This document shows positions 19,610-30,051 of a stretch of DNA of 64,000 nucleotides, piece after piece (position 1 is the first letter of the stretch; each line of letters opens with the position of its first letter). The translations under genes and the position numbers were made by a program. The stretch is from Chitinophaga pinensis (GTDB lineage Bacteria > Bacteroidota > Bacteroidia > NS11-12g > UBA955), in NCBI GenBank assembly GCA_945877575.1, contig CAMDUE010000003.1:88174-152173 (forward strand). Direction: 5' to 3'. The notes below the pieces were generated by a model. It worked only from the letters and a program-made list of their open reading frames with translations. It did no database searches and had not been told where the DNA came from.

Positions 19610-20968
19610 TTAATGATTCACAGATTGAATTTTAGCTTTATTCTCTAACTCATCGTAGATCGTTCTTGCCTTGGTAAGTAATATTTTGTTCCTGATTTGT
19701 ATTTCTTTTTTGTCTTTGTAAAACTTCTGTAGCCCATCACAAGAAACAACTTCATTTGTATTCTTCGAAATAGTACTCAATATTTTTTCCGGAGATGATA
19801 AGAACTCTTCGTAGGAGAGAAAAGTGCATGCCTCAATGTTCAATGCATAGGAATAGTATTCAATCCAACATTCAACCCAATATTCAATATCGAAAGGCGT
19901 ATAACTCGACTTACCAAAATCTGAATTGAATAAAAACGGCTTGTGATTTAGACCAAACTCATGATGACCTAACCAATTCATATATTGCAGTGCAAATGGA
20001 TCATCCTTTTGAATTCTACAAAAATTCAAATGTTGTGATAATAAACTATAGGAATGTTCCAATGGATCTCTGTAAAGTATAAAAACATGAGTATCTCGGT
20101 GAAATTCCATTATACTTTTCAATCTGAGTATCTGATTATTATTTTTAGCTAGGTATGTTTTTCCCTTTGATATACTTACTTGATAAGAATAATAATGTTG
20201 CAATAATTCCTCTGACAATTCATGCTTCATTAAACCGTGTGGTTGTATGTATGAATCATTCAAAACAACTTTAAAGAAATACTCCTCCAATGCTTCAACA
20301 CTTGCCAAACCAACTTTAATACCATCATTGTGCGCTCTTTGCTTTAATTCAATTTTACTTGGCTTGTAAATTCTACTCCAAATTCTAGGGTACAATAAAA
20401 ATGGCATATTTGAATAATTCAAACTAGTAAAATTTCCATTCTTATTCAACAAATCAACCAAAGCCGTGGTTCCTGAACGAGCTAATCCGGTTATAATAAT
20501 TGACTTATGCGTAACAATATCGGTATTTGTAACAAACCTAATTTGCTTCATTAGCATCCACTTACCCAGATTATAATGATTCAATATTATTCTGTGAAGC
20601 AACTGAGATAAAAAAGAATAATCTGACTTATTAGTAATAAATCTTGAAACTATAAAAAAAGGCAAAGTAGATCCTAAAAAAAATAAAAAAACATGAAGTA
20701 AAGAAGAATTTTTTGAATCGAAATAATGAAGGTAAAATAAAATTGGAATTAATATAAAAACTACACAAAATATGAAAACAACTATATCCTTTACCGCTCT
20801 CTTCAAGTTTTGTTGAAGAGCAACAATAAATTCCTCTTCTTTTTCTTGAATCAATAATGTATCCAACAAACTTGTTGCTGACAATGCCAATCTTTCAAAT
20901 GGCTTTTTTGAAATAATTACAATAACTGAAGTTAAAAATCCAAATAAAAACTGAAGTGAATAACTCAC
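19610..20968 (-). CDS. membrane-anchored sulfotransferase family protein
   Basis: Three N-terminal TM segments; PAPS loop 'IITGLARSGTT'; 'YLAKNNN'; 'RDPLEHSYS'. Confidence 0.85.
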   Translation of the reverse strand: MSYSLQFLFGFLTSVIVIISKKPFERLALSATSLLDTLLIQEKEEEFIVALQQNLKRAVKDIVVFIFCVVFILIPILFYLHYFDSKNSSLLHVFLFFLGSTLPFFIVSRFITNKSDYSFLSQLLHRIILNHYNLGKWMLMKQIRFVTNTDIVTHKSIIITGLARSGTTALVDLLNKNGNFTSLNYSNMPFLLYPRIWSRIYKPSKIELKQRAHNDGIKVGLASVEALEEYFFKVVLNDSYIQPHGLMKHELSEELLQHYYSYQVSISKGKTYLAKNNNQILRLKSIMEFHRDTHVFILYRDPLEHSYSLLSQHLNFCRIQKDDPFALQYMNWLGHHEFGLNHKPFLFNSDFGKSSYTPFDIEYWVECWIEYYSYALNIEACTFLSYEEFLSSPEKILSTISKNTNEVVSCDGLQKFYKDKKEIQIRNKILLTKARTIYDELENKAKIQSVNH

Positions 20969-20985
20969 AGGTAACTAACTAAAAT

Positions 20986-21123
20986 TTACTTTTTTCTTTT
21001 ATGGGTGATTTTATACCAAACAAAATAACCAAAAGAAAAAATTATCAATCCTAAGATAATGATTAAAAGTACTATCGCGCCGACACCTAATCCTGGTCCT
21101 ATATATAAAAAAGTATTCGTCAT
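20986..21123 (-). CDS. 45-aa single-pass membrane protein with YIGPG motif (not in ORF track)
   Basis: Manual translation: MTNTFLYIGPGLGVGAIVLLIIILGLIIFSFGYFVWYKITHKRKK*. It fills the gap between the ASST and sulfotransferase genes. Confidence 0.75.
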   Translation of the reverse strand: MTNTFLYIGPGLGVGAIVLLIIILGLIIFSFGYFVWYKITHKRKK

Positions 21124-21176
21124 AATTTATTTCAGTTCTTTACTTTCGAGATTCTTAAAATGCCTGATTAATTTCA

Positions 21177-22397
21177 TTAAAAGGGTAATTCATGATATAA
21201 TCTAGGCCAATGTGTTCGTTCATTTACATTATTCAGCACACCGCGATACATTAATTCTCCGCTCTTCTTAAAATAGTAAACAACCCCATTATTTTGACTC
21301 TCAACAAAAATACTTCCATCGGGGCAAATTTCATGTAACCCTTGTGTCTTTGTAAAAATTCCTTGTTTTGAAATACTGTCTTTAATTGGGTAAGAGAAAC
21401 TCCGCGAATTAAAATTGTAAACACAAATATTTGATAGGTTAAATTTGCCTTTCAGTACATGATATTTACCCCAAATATTGGGATCCACATTATTGTTAAA
21501 AACCGATATTTGACTATCACTAAGAATATCAACATCGTGTTGCATTGCAAATGGACCACAAATCACGGATAAAATAGAATCAACATTGGGCCTGTAATGT
21601 ACAATGGATGATCGATGACGGAGACTTAAAAATAAATCGCCTTTTTTCCAATGTTTTGCGTCACTTTTTACAACTTCAACATCGTTCAGATGATAAGGAT
21701 CATTACCTTTGGGTGTAGATGTATTCGAATTCCCTAAGAGCCAATAATTATTTGATTCAAGGAATAATTTCGACAACGGTGAACTTCTGAAGACAGTTTT
21801 ACCTGTGTTAATGTCTAATGCAACCACATAATTTTCCCAAGCTCTTCGGTTAACCAATTCTCTGGTACAAACCCAAATGGTTTGTTCATCGACGTTAAAA
21901 GTATGATGAAAACGATGTTCATTATTGGACCATATGATATTCGAATTTGAATCTACCCGAAAAAAACAATCCAATCCTTCAAAATAAAAAACACAAGATT
22001 TATCCTTTAGGATATAGGGGGATCTGGGTTCAGAATGCGAAAATTTCCTATTTCGTTTGTTCGTTACTTGATTTCTTAACATTGTGTTTTCATCCATGGA
22101 CCAGCTGTAAATCACATTCTTATTACCCAAAGCCATTAACTCAATAACCCATTTATCTTCAACAAATCGCGCATTTGTATAATACAACTTTTCATTGTTC
22201 AAATTATTGACAAAACTATTCGTATCTAAATTTATCAGTCGAGAGTTGTTTGACTTTAAGCCATTTCTAATTTCATTGTAATAACCGAAAAACGTTTTAA
22301 GAGTTCTACTCTTGGTATTTAAAGCTATGACACCAATTATATTAACAAAAGTAACAAGTAGAAATAAAATTGAGATTAAGTAAAGGAATTTCTTCAT
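21177..22397 (-). CDS. arylsulfotransferase (ASST) family beta-propeller
   Basis: N-terminal anchor; 'FHH', 'DPYHLNDVE', 'LSLRH' and 'QHDVD' motifs. Confidence 0.82.
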   Translation of the reverse strand: MKKFLYLISILFLLVTFVNIIGVIALNTKSRTLKTFFGYYNEIRNGLKSNNSRLINLDTNSFVNNLNNEKLYYTNARFVEDKWVIELMALGNKNVIYSWSMDENTMLRNQVTNKRNRKFSHSEPRSPYILKDKSCVFYFEGLDCFFRVDSNSNIIWSNNEHRFHHTFNVDEQTIWVCTRELVNRRAWENYVVALDINTGKTVFRSSPLSKLFLESNNYWLLGNSNTSTPKGNDPYHLNDVEVVKSDAKHWKKGDLFLSLRHRSSIVHYRPNVDSILSVICGPFAMQHDVDILSDSQISVFNNNVDPNIWGKYHVLKGKFNLSNICVYNFNSRSFSYPIKDSISKQGIFTKTQGLHEICPDGSIFVESQNNGVVYYFKKSGELMYRGVLNNVNERTHWPRLYHELPF

Positions 22398-22556
22398 TCG
22401 TCGCGAATTTCGTTTATCAGCCCTGAAAGGTCATGAACTCAATGTAATTATTATGTTTATATAAAGTAACCAATTATTTATTTGAAACCCAAACAATTTC
22501 CTTAATCAGCCAGTTACACAACTCCACCAAACTCCCTAAAAAATCTTATGAATAAA

Positions 22557-23786
22557 TTAAGATACCGCCAATGGAATCTCTTCCATATTTACATAAATTG
22601 GTTTGGCTTTGGGCAATTCCTGTAAAGGACCATAAAATAGATTGACAGCTTTTAAGATATTATGATAAATAATATCACTACAGAATCTATTCTCAAACAA
22701 ACTTCTACTATTATTGGACATTACTTGATATTCTTCAGAAGTGCATTTTTCAAAATCAATCAAACTTTGCGCCAAGCAAATATTGCTTTTCTCACTCAAT
22801 ATAATACCATTATTAAAAGAGCACGTCTCTTTACTTCCCTTGTTATCGGTTGTTATTATTGGTAATCCGAATGCCAATGATTCAATTAAAATTCTTGGTA
22901 CCCCTTCCGGATAATTTGTAGGCAAAACTGAAACCTGACTTAATTTCAACAATGGCCTGACATCATTGATGTAGCCTAAAAAATGTATGGATTTTATACC
23001 CTCCGTTTGATCATTAAATCTTGGGATAATTGATTTATTTGGAAACCATCCAGCGATGATTAACTCCCAGTTTTTTAGGTGACCCAATCTTTTTGCTGTT
23101 TTAAATCCTTCAATTAACTCAAAAACCCCCTTCTCTTCCATTATTCTGCCACAATACAAAAAATAGTTAGACTGAGTACTTAAGTTATATTCTTGATAAA
23201 AATCTTTAGGTATGCTGTAATTTAAATTGAATCTAACTTCATCAACACCACTTCCGTCAGTTTGCATAATCTTCGCACGTTTACACCAACTTTGAATGAA
23301 TAAAAAATCCTCGAAATTCTGAACCACTATTAAGTCCGCACGGTCAATTACATAAATATACAATCGGAGAATTGCCAATTCATAAGAGGTTGGCTTTTTA
23401 TTATTTGAAAAAAATCTTCCTAACCCTGCTAATGTGACACAAATAAAATCAACCCCAAGTAACCTTCCAATTAATACACCTAAGAAATTTGGCACAAACT
23501 TATACGTAAAAATCATATCGGGTTTGAACCTGATTATTTCAAAGATTAATTGAAAAATAAGAACGGGCAATTTCCAAAAGTCACTCAATTTCATAATCTT
23601 AACAAGAAAACCTATAGAAAGATTCAACCTTTTCACTTCTTGTTTAAGTTCACCATTTGGCACCAATGCCCTTGAAGTAAAATTGTATTTATCTTTTAAA
23701 AAGTGAATAAAATTTACACGCGAATTCAAGAAGTCTTCGTCATGATTGGTGTAAATAAGTGCTTTCCTGTTCAAACTATTTTTCAT
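22557..23786 (-). CDS. GT4 glycosyltransferase (CapM/PglA-like)
   Basis: 'GSGVD', 'GRIMEEKG' and 'EGVPRILIES' (EX7E). Confidence 0.88.
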   Translation of the reverse strand: MKNSLNRKALIYTNHDEDFLNSRVNFIHFLKDKYNFTSRALVPNGELKQEVKRLNLSIGFLVKIMKLSDFWKLPVLIFQLIFEIIRFKPDMIFTYKFVPNFLGVLIGRLLGVDFICVTLAGLGRFFSNNKKPTSYELAILRLYIYVIDRADLIVVQNFEDFLFIQSWCKRAKIMQTDGSGVDEVRFNLNYSIPKDFYQEYNLSTQSNYFLYCGRIMEEKGVFELIEGFKTAKRLGHLKNWELIIAGWFPNKSIIPRFNDQTEGIKSIHFLGYINDVRPLLKLSQVSVLPTNYPEGVPRILIESLAFGLPIITTDNKGSKETCSFNNGIILSEKSNICLAQSLIDFEKCTSEEYQVMSNNSRSLFENRFCSDIIYHNILKAVNLFYGPLQELPKAKPIYVNMEEIPLAVS

Positions 23787-23793
23787 ATTCCAA

Positions 23794-24948
23794 TCATTTA
23801 TTTAAAAGTTCTTCATAAACTGTATAAACCTCATCTGCCGTTTTATTCCAATCAAACTCTCTTGAATACGTCACCGCCTTTTGGCTTAAGGAGTCTCTCT
23901 GAAATTCATTAAGCTCATTTAATTCTCTCAAGGCCTGAACTATACCTTCCATTGACAATTCCTCCAACCGAATTCCTTGATTTTGTGCAATCTCTGAAAT
24001 AGAACTATTGTCTGGCCAAATCACAATACTTCCTAGTGACATGGCTTCAATCAATGGCAAACCAAAGCCTTCAAACAATGAAGGATAAATCAAAGCGGTG
24101 CAAGCTGTGTAATACAATTTTAATTCTTGGTTATCAACATAACCCATAAAATGCACGCGATCAGCTAATTGCAACTCCGAAACCAAATCCAATAAGCCTT
24201 CTTCACTACCGTCACTCCCTACCACAACCAAATGCAGGTCCAATTCTGAACGGAGATGATTGAGTGCTAATATTACATCTTTATAGTTCTTTCTGTAGCT
24301 TGATTTACCAACTAGCAAAATAAAATTATCTAAAATATTCCCCTTGGAATTTTTGAAGATTTCAATCTCTTCTTTCGTCGGAATGTCTTTGAATACCTTA
24401 TTGACACCTTCATAAATTACTTTGGTTTTAACGGAAACCTTTGGAAAGTTAGAGTCAACCCAATTTAGAAAAGTAGATTCCGTAAATTTTGAAACACAAA
24501 TAAAGCAATCGTATTGACTAAGCCCAAATTCGAGGGCTTTTGACAATTGCACATTTTTAAACGCAGGGAACCAACTCGAATATAAAAGTGGTGCAATATC
24601 GTGAATGGTTGCCACCGATTTCTTCCCAGTAGGCACCGGGTGTCCTAAAAATGTTGTGTGTAAAATATCAAATTGATGTTTAGAAAGTCTTTCAATTTTG
24701 GGAGCATTAAGATATGTCCAGGACAACATGTTGAGGTACCTTCCGAGCCCTAAAACTTCAAGTCCAATACTTGATTTCAACTCCGCTAAATGTTCACTAG
24801 GCAAATCACTCCAAGTCGATATGGGAATTAATTTCAACGCCTGTTTTTCATTTAAATGTTCCAATAGGTCGAGGGAGTATCGCTTCACCCCGTATCCGAA
24901 GGACATTGAAATTTGATTTGAAAAATACGCCACTCTCATCTGCACCAT
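23794..24948 (-). CDS. GT4 glycosyltransferase (MtfB-like)
   Basis: 'TIHDI', 'RKN' and 'PSLFEGFGLPLIEAM'. Confidence 0.9.
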   Translation of the reverse strand: MVQMRVAYFSNQISMSFGYGVKRYSLDLLEHLNEKQALKLIPISTWSDLPSEHLAELKSSIGLEVLGLGRYLNMLSWTYLNAPKIERLSKHQFDILHTTFLGHPVPTGKKSVATIHDIAPLLYSSWFPAFKNVQLSKALEFGLSQYDCFICVSKFTESTFLNWVDSNFPKVSVKTKVIYEGVNKVFKDIPTKEEIEIFKNSKGNILDNFILLVGKSSYRKNYKDVILALNHLRSELDLHLVVVGSDGSEEGLLDLVSELQLADRVHFMGYVDNQELKLYYTACTALIYPSLFEGFGLPLIEAMSLGSIVIWPDNSSISEIAQNQGIRLEELSMEGIVQALRELNELNEFQRDSLSQKAVTYSREFDWNKTADEVYTVYEELLNK

Positions 24949-24951
24949 AGT

Positions 24952-25932
24952 TTAATGACTTTTAATTTGAAACCTATTCAAAAAAATCAAACGGTTCCAT
25001 TTGAGATGAATATTCCTTCTTAGATTAGGACTAAGATATATGCCTATCAGAACGAAATAGTGATCTAAATTAAATGGCCAAATCAAAATAGACTTGAAAA
25101 TATTCAAATTGGCCTTAATGAAATTCTTTTGATAATGAACGTTTACCCTCGCTTTTCTTTTATAAAAATTAGACCAAGATTGAAGTTTATAACCAAAACC
25201 AATATTTGAATTCTTAACATGATTTTTTAATATCCATAAATAGGACTCAATTTCATTATTGGAATTTGAATATGTTCTAACTCCCTGATGATTCCGATAG
25301 TAAACAAGAAATTCCTTCATGAATTGGACTTGCGTGTTTAATAATATCCGAATGCTCAGTTCCCAATCCTGTCTCGCCTTCAATTGTGGGTTAAACTGAC
25401 CAATACTTAACAGTGAACTACGACGAATCAATATGGTAGAAGTAGGCCCACAATGATCTTTTATTAAAATTCTGTTTGTGTCAACAAGCACTTTATCCTG
25501 TGGAATGCCATTTACGTCCATCAAATTACCGTTCTCGTCTATTTCCTCCCAGCCACAATAAACTGTATCACATTTGAATTCAATGTTATTTAAAAACTGA
25601 ATTTGTGAACTTAATTTATTTTTTCTCCATAAATCATCGGAATCTAAAAACCCTATCCACTCACATTGAGTAAAATGGATTCCTAAATTACGGGCAATAT
25701 TAGAACCTTTGTTTTCTTGGAAGAGATAGGTTACTTTACGATTTAAATAATTTTCTTGTACAAATTGCTGAATTACAGAGTTGGTTTCGTCTGTTGACCC
25801 ATCATCTACAATTAGTACTTCAATAAATCCTGAATAATCTTGTTCCAAGACTGATTTCAGTGCCAATACCAAATAATGGGCCCTATTAAAAGTGGGAATG
25901 ACAACTGAAACTGATGGATAAATCATAGTCAT
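24952..25932 (-). CDS. GT2 glycosyltransferase
   Basis: 'VSVVIPTFNR', 'VDDGSTD', 'FLDSDD' and 'QDWEL'. Confidence 0.92.
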   Translation of the reverse strand: MTMIYPSVSVVIPTFNRAHYLVLALKSVLEQDYSGFIEVLIVDDGSTDETNSVIQQFVQENYLNRKVTYLFQENKGSNIARNLGIHFTQCEWIGFLDSDDLWRKNKLSSQIQFLNNIEFKCDTVYCGWEEIDENGNLMDVNGIPQDKVLVDTNRILIKDHCGPTSTILIRRSSLLSIGQFNPQLKARQDWELSIRILLNTQVQFMKEFLVYYRNHQGVRTYSNSNNEIESYLWILKNHVKNSNIGFGYKLQSWSNFYKRKARVNVHYQKNFIKANLNIFKSILIWPFNLDHYFVLIGIYLSPNLRRNIHLKWNRLIFLNRFQIKSH

Positions 25933-26762
25933 TTTATCACCCCCTTCTGAATACTATTATCATGATAAATAACAACACAAGCTTGAAACCTAGCAATACC
26001 TGAATGTATTGCCCAAATCAACCCTCTTCTACCGTCAAATAGACCAAGTTTAAAAAAATACAATCGCAAAAAGTATAGAATTGGGAAAAGCAAAACAAAA
26101 TAAAACCCGAAAATCTTGTGATATTTATTTGTAATTTCTTGAACCAAATCATTCAGATATCTCCTTGACTTATCAATTCTATCAATATACAGTGGCTCAT
26201 TTAAATGAATCATCCGAGATCTCATTTGACCTATTCGGGTATTTGACGTATTCACCTGAACCAATTCGTGATTCAAACCTTCAAACTTAAGTATAGACTT
26301 GCGAGCCAAATGAACCTTATTCCAAAGATTTAAATCCCCAAAATTCATGGGCTTACCCAGGAAATAATTCAACCTTTTGAACCGAAAAGCATCATACGCT
26401 TCTAATGAATTACCTTCCAAGAAAATACTGCGAAGCTCTAAATAAAACTCCTTAGAGATCCGCTCATCAATATCCATGTGCAAAATCCAATTTGACCTGC
26501 ACAACGAAATTCCAAAATTTCTTAAGTGAGATAGATATTGTTTTTCAGATTTTTGAAATAGATGATAGGTTATTTTATCTGGAAATTTAGATTGATATTC
26601 CTTAATAATCTGAGCCGTTTGATCTTCAGAACTATCGTCAACTATAATAATCTCCTCTACCCAGTCAATCAATTGCTGAATGAACTCGCCAATTATGTGA
26701 GCTTCATTCTTGCAAATCGCACTAACTGCTATTCCCGGTATTATTTTTTTTGAACTCATCAA
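25929..26762 (-). CDS. GT2 glycosyltransferase (beta-1,4-glucosyltransferase-like)
   Basis: 'ICKNEA', 'VDDSSED', 'MDIDER' and 'LFDGRRGL'. Confidence 0.88.
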   Translation of the reverse strand: MMSSKKIIPGIAVSAICKNEAHIIGEFIQQLIDWVEEIIIVDDSSEDQTAQIIKEYQSKFPDKITYHLFQKSEKQYLSHLRNFGISLCRSNWILHMDIDERISKEFYLELRSIFLEGNSLEAYDAFRFKRLNYFLGKPMNFGDLNLWNKVHLARKSILKFEGLNHELVQVNTSNTRIGQMRSRMIHLNEPLYIDRIDKSRRYLNDLVQEITNKYHKIFGFYFVLLFPILYFLRLYFFKLGLFDGRRGLIWAIHSGIARFQACVVIYHDNSIQKGVIK

Positions 26763-27690
26763 AGGCCAACTTTACGTTTTTAATATATCGATAATAAACT
26801 TTTGATTTGATCGCTTTAACATAACGTTTGAACCTATTAAATTTTCCAAATTTCTTTAAATCTTTAATTTCAGAATCACCAGAACCGATGTGATTATGGT
26901 ATCCTACGAAATTCGCCAATATCTCAACATACATATTTAAGCCATTGTTAAGTAAAGATGAATTTTGCCACCTATTAACTGAGTCTTGCTTTATAGATTT
27001 AAACGATTTACTGTCCCAAACATCAATACCCAACCTACTCGAAATTTGACCGAAAATCAAAGCCGGTTGGTGTACCATGTCTTCGTACCTGATAATCTCA
27101 ACAGCATCCTCATCTAAGAGACCTTTAATGAAAAATAAATTTCTGTAAGCGTCTAACCACCCAAATTGTCTTAATTCAGGGTTAGTTCCAAAAAGTTCAT
27201 AAGCGCTATTCATGACTGCAAATGGATTGCGCACCAAGCCAAAAATAAAAACCTCTTTTTTAGTGATTTTCAACCATTTGACTAACAATAAAACAGCGGG
27301 AAAAGAGGCTATTAGTTGAGGTGATTTCTCAAAGAAAAAAAGGCTATTTACACTTTCAATAAGCTTCTCCCAATAATAAAAGATATCTTCAACAGTTAAA
27401 ATTTCTCTGTCTAATTCTACACCATTTTCGAGAAGTAAACGATTTAGTAATGTACGCGTAACCGACACATTTCCATAACCATTGTATTTATTGAAAATGG
27501 TCTGTTTATTCATTTTATCATCATCTAGAATGGTTGCAGCCATTGTCCAAAAATGTGTTTCACCATTGGAATGAGGGGTAAATTTGACAGAAGAGATCTC
27601 ATTTCTACCTTTCAACATTTCTTGAAAGAATGTTGAACCTGAGCGTTTATCTGACAACAAAATGATTACTTTATTTGTACAAACACCCAT
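26722..27690 (-). CDS. sulfotransferase family protein
   Basis: 'DKRSGST', 'EKSP', 'VRNP' and 'RYED'. Confidence 0.82.
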   Translation of the reverse strand: MGVCTNKVIILLSDKRSGSTFFQEMLKGRNEISSVKFTPHSNGETHFWTMAATILDDDKMNKQTIFNKYNGYGNVSVTRTLLNRLLLENGVELDREILTVEDIFYYWEKLIESVNSLFFFEKSPQLIASFPAVLLLVKWLKITKKEVFIFGLVRNPFAVMNSAYELFGTNPELRQFGWLDAYRNLFFIKGLLDEDAVEIIRYEDMVHQPALIFGQISSRLGIDVWDSKSFKSIKQDSVNRWQNSSLLNNGLNMYVEILANFVGYHNHIGSGDSEIKDLKKFGKFNRFKRYVKAIKSKVYYRYIKNVKLAFDEFKKNNTGNSS

Positions 27691-27698
27691 ACTAATTA

Positions 27699-28991
27699 TT
27701 ATAAAATATTAGATTTCGTTTTAAAGAAATCTGCAGAAATAATAAAAATTGTAATCATTAAAATATTCATCCCACGTGTTTCTGAAATAATTGCATGTCC
27801 TAATAATTGCCAAATAAATATAACTACAAAAAATTGAACTTGATTCGGTCTATAAATACTGCTTGAATTTATTATTTTAAAAATCAAATACCCCAATAAT
27901 GAGATAAAAAGCATAGCAAAAACTAAACCATATGAATATATTGCACTTGCAAATACTGCATGATCTGACAAATTCCTTCCTTGAAAATCAATAATATTTC
28001 TTTCACTAATACCGAGTCCAAAAAAAATCAGAAATAAATTCCTACCAATAACTTCAAACGGCTCAATATAAGCCAATAACCTCTCATTCTCGCTTTCACC
28101 AAAACCTTCATTGCCATCAATTAATTTTTCTGATCCGTCAATCACTCGGTTAAAATAAAGCTCTAGATCACTGAGATCAAATACAAATGTAATACCAATG
28201 ATTATTACTGAGGAAATAACGATTGAACTAATTTTCCGAAACGAATTTAAATATAGAAAATCAACCAATATAACTAAGATCAACGTTAAAATTGGCCCTC
28301 TACTATTGGTGAACAACACACCAATAATGATTATATATTGAAATATCTTTTGGGTTATTTTACTTAAGGAATTTCGGTTAATCTTGGTTACAATCATGTT
28401 TAATACATAAACAAACACGAGATAGTATCCCGTTATTATGGAAACACCAATCAATGATCTTCCCCTCAACACTTCATCAATATCTGCCTTGTCCCATTTA
28501 TCTAAAAACCCTTTTGCGGGATCTAAAAAGCTTAATTCAAAAACATTTTTAGTGATAAAATCTCTTGTTTGTGGAATAGAAGATAAGACGACCAGTAAAA
28601 CCGTAACTAACGAAAATCTCACAACCCAAATAAATGCACGATAAAATTCTTGTTCACTTTGAATTCTCCTAAATAACAAAATAAGCAGTGAATAAGTTAG
28701 TAGAGTCCGTATTAGTGAATAAAATGGTTCAATTGAATAATTCAATGTTAAAAATGCGAAAAGTTCAGAAATAAAAATGAAAAAAATACTAGAAAAAAAA
28801 ATTGTAAATATTATTTTATCTAAGCTTTTTTGATTTTTCCTATCAACCACTAACCAATTTAAAATCAATAAAAAATCAATAATATAAAGCGGGATTCCAG
28901 CAAAATTCAAATTCAATTTTGGAAATGTAAACATCACAACCAATGTGATATTCAGTAAAACTTTATTAAATTCTAGATTTTTTGTAGACAT
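27699..28991 (-). CDS. Wzy/O-antigen-ligase-like polytopic membrane protein
   Basis: About 10-11 TM helices, 'TNSRG', and a periplasmic loop 'R...FFGLG...H'. Confidence 0.75.
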   Translation of the reverse strand: MSTKNLEFNKVLLNITLVVMFTFPKLNLNFAGIPLYIIDFLLILNWLVVDRKNQKSLDKIIFTIFFSSIFFIFISELFAFLTLNYSIEPFYSLIRTLLTYSLLILLFRRIQSEQEFYRAFIWVVRFSLVTVLLVVLSSIPQTRDFITKNVFELSFLDPAKGFLDKWDKADIDEVLRGRSLIGVSIITGYYLVFVYVLNMIVTKINRNSLSKITQKIFQYIIIIGVLFTNSRGPILTLILVILVDFLYLNSFRKISSIVISSVIIIGITFVFDLSDLELYFNRVIDGSEKLIDGNEGFGESENERLLAYIEPFEVIGRNLFLIFFGLGISERNIIDFQGRNLSDHAVFASAIYSYGLVFAMLFISLLGYLIFKIINSSSIYRPNQVQFFVVIFIWQLLGHAIISETRGMNILMITIFIISADFFKTKSNIL

Positions 28992-30051
28992 TTTGATATA
29001 AAGTTAAATATTCCTGAAACATCCTTTCATCGCTAAAATAACTAGCTCTTTCTATATTATTTAGACTCCAAATTTCCCATAAATCAATGTTATCCAGAAC
29101 AGTTTGTAAATTCGAATTAAAATCGTCTTGACTGTTTGGGTTCACTAAAAAAATTCCTTTATTAAGAGACTTATGGCAACATAACTCATTCAAACCATCC
29201 ACATCAGAAACTATACAAATCAAACCATTCGACATAGATTCGAGCACTGCCAGTCCAAACCCTTCATATTCACTCAACAAGAGAAATGTTGAATAAGACG
29301 TAAAATCTATATTATCACTGTAGCCTTTGAGCATAATGCAATTATCCAGATCACGAGAATTAATTAGGGCCTTCAGATTCTCAAATTCAGGACCTTCACC
29401 GTAAATATCTAAATTTATTCTTGCTTCTTTGGAATTTTTATTAAAAGAGTCAATATAACGTATCAACAAATCGAAGTTTTTCATATTTACTAATCTCCCG
29501 ATGGAAACAGCTCTAATATTCTTCCTATCAATAACTTGTAAAGTACTTTTCCCCTCCGTATTTTTTGAATAAGCTTGCTCAATTCCATTGTAAATTAGAA
29601 CTAATTTATCTTTAATGGTTGGCATATACTTCAATAATGACTCTCCTACACCATTACTTATGACCACAACTTTGTGTAATCCTGAGTAAATCCATCGATC
29701 TAATAAATAAAACAATCTCCTATTTCTGCGGTTGTTTTGGGTAGAATGTTCAGTAAAAATAATGAATGTTTGGGGCCAAAAATATTGTAATATTCTAACA
29801 TAAAATACCGCTGGAAATAAATGCACATGGATTAATTCATATTTCTTAATTTGTAATTTTTTTAATTGAAAATACAAATTAAAAATAGTCGAAATTGAAT
29901 AATATCCTATTTTGTCATATCTACTTTTCTTCAAGACTATTGAATGAATTTCAAATCCACTCACACCTAGGTAACTCGCTAACTTACAGACAATTTTCTG
30001 AGCACCACCGTTTTTTAATTCTAAATCATTGATTACTTGAATTACCCTCAT
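28966..30051 (-). CDS. GT4 glycosyltransferase
   Basis: 'GGAQ', 'HVHLFP', 'TEHST' and 'EGFGLAVLES'. Confidence 0.9.
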   Translation of the reverse strand: MRVIQVINDLELKNGGAQKIVCKLASYLGVSGFEIHSIVLKKSRYDKIGYYSISTIFNLYFQLKKLQIKKYELIHVHLFPAVFYVRILQYFWPQTFIIFTEHSTQNNRRNRRLFYLLDRWIYSGLHKVVVISNGVGESLLKYMPTIKDKLVLIYNGIEQAYSKNTEGKSTLQVIDRKNIRAVSIGRLVNMKNFDLLIRYIDSFNKNSKEARINLDIYGEGPEFENLKALINSRDLDNCIMLKGYSDNIDFTSYSTFLLLSEYEGFGLAVLESMSNGLICIVSDVDGLNELCCHKSLNKGIFLVNPNSQDDFNSNLQTVLDNIDLWEIWSLNNIERASYFSDERMFQEYLTLYQNVYKKSRI

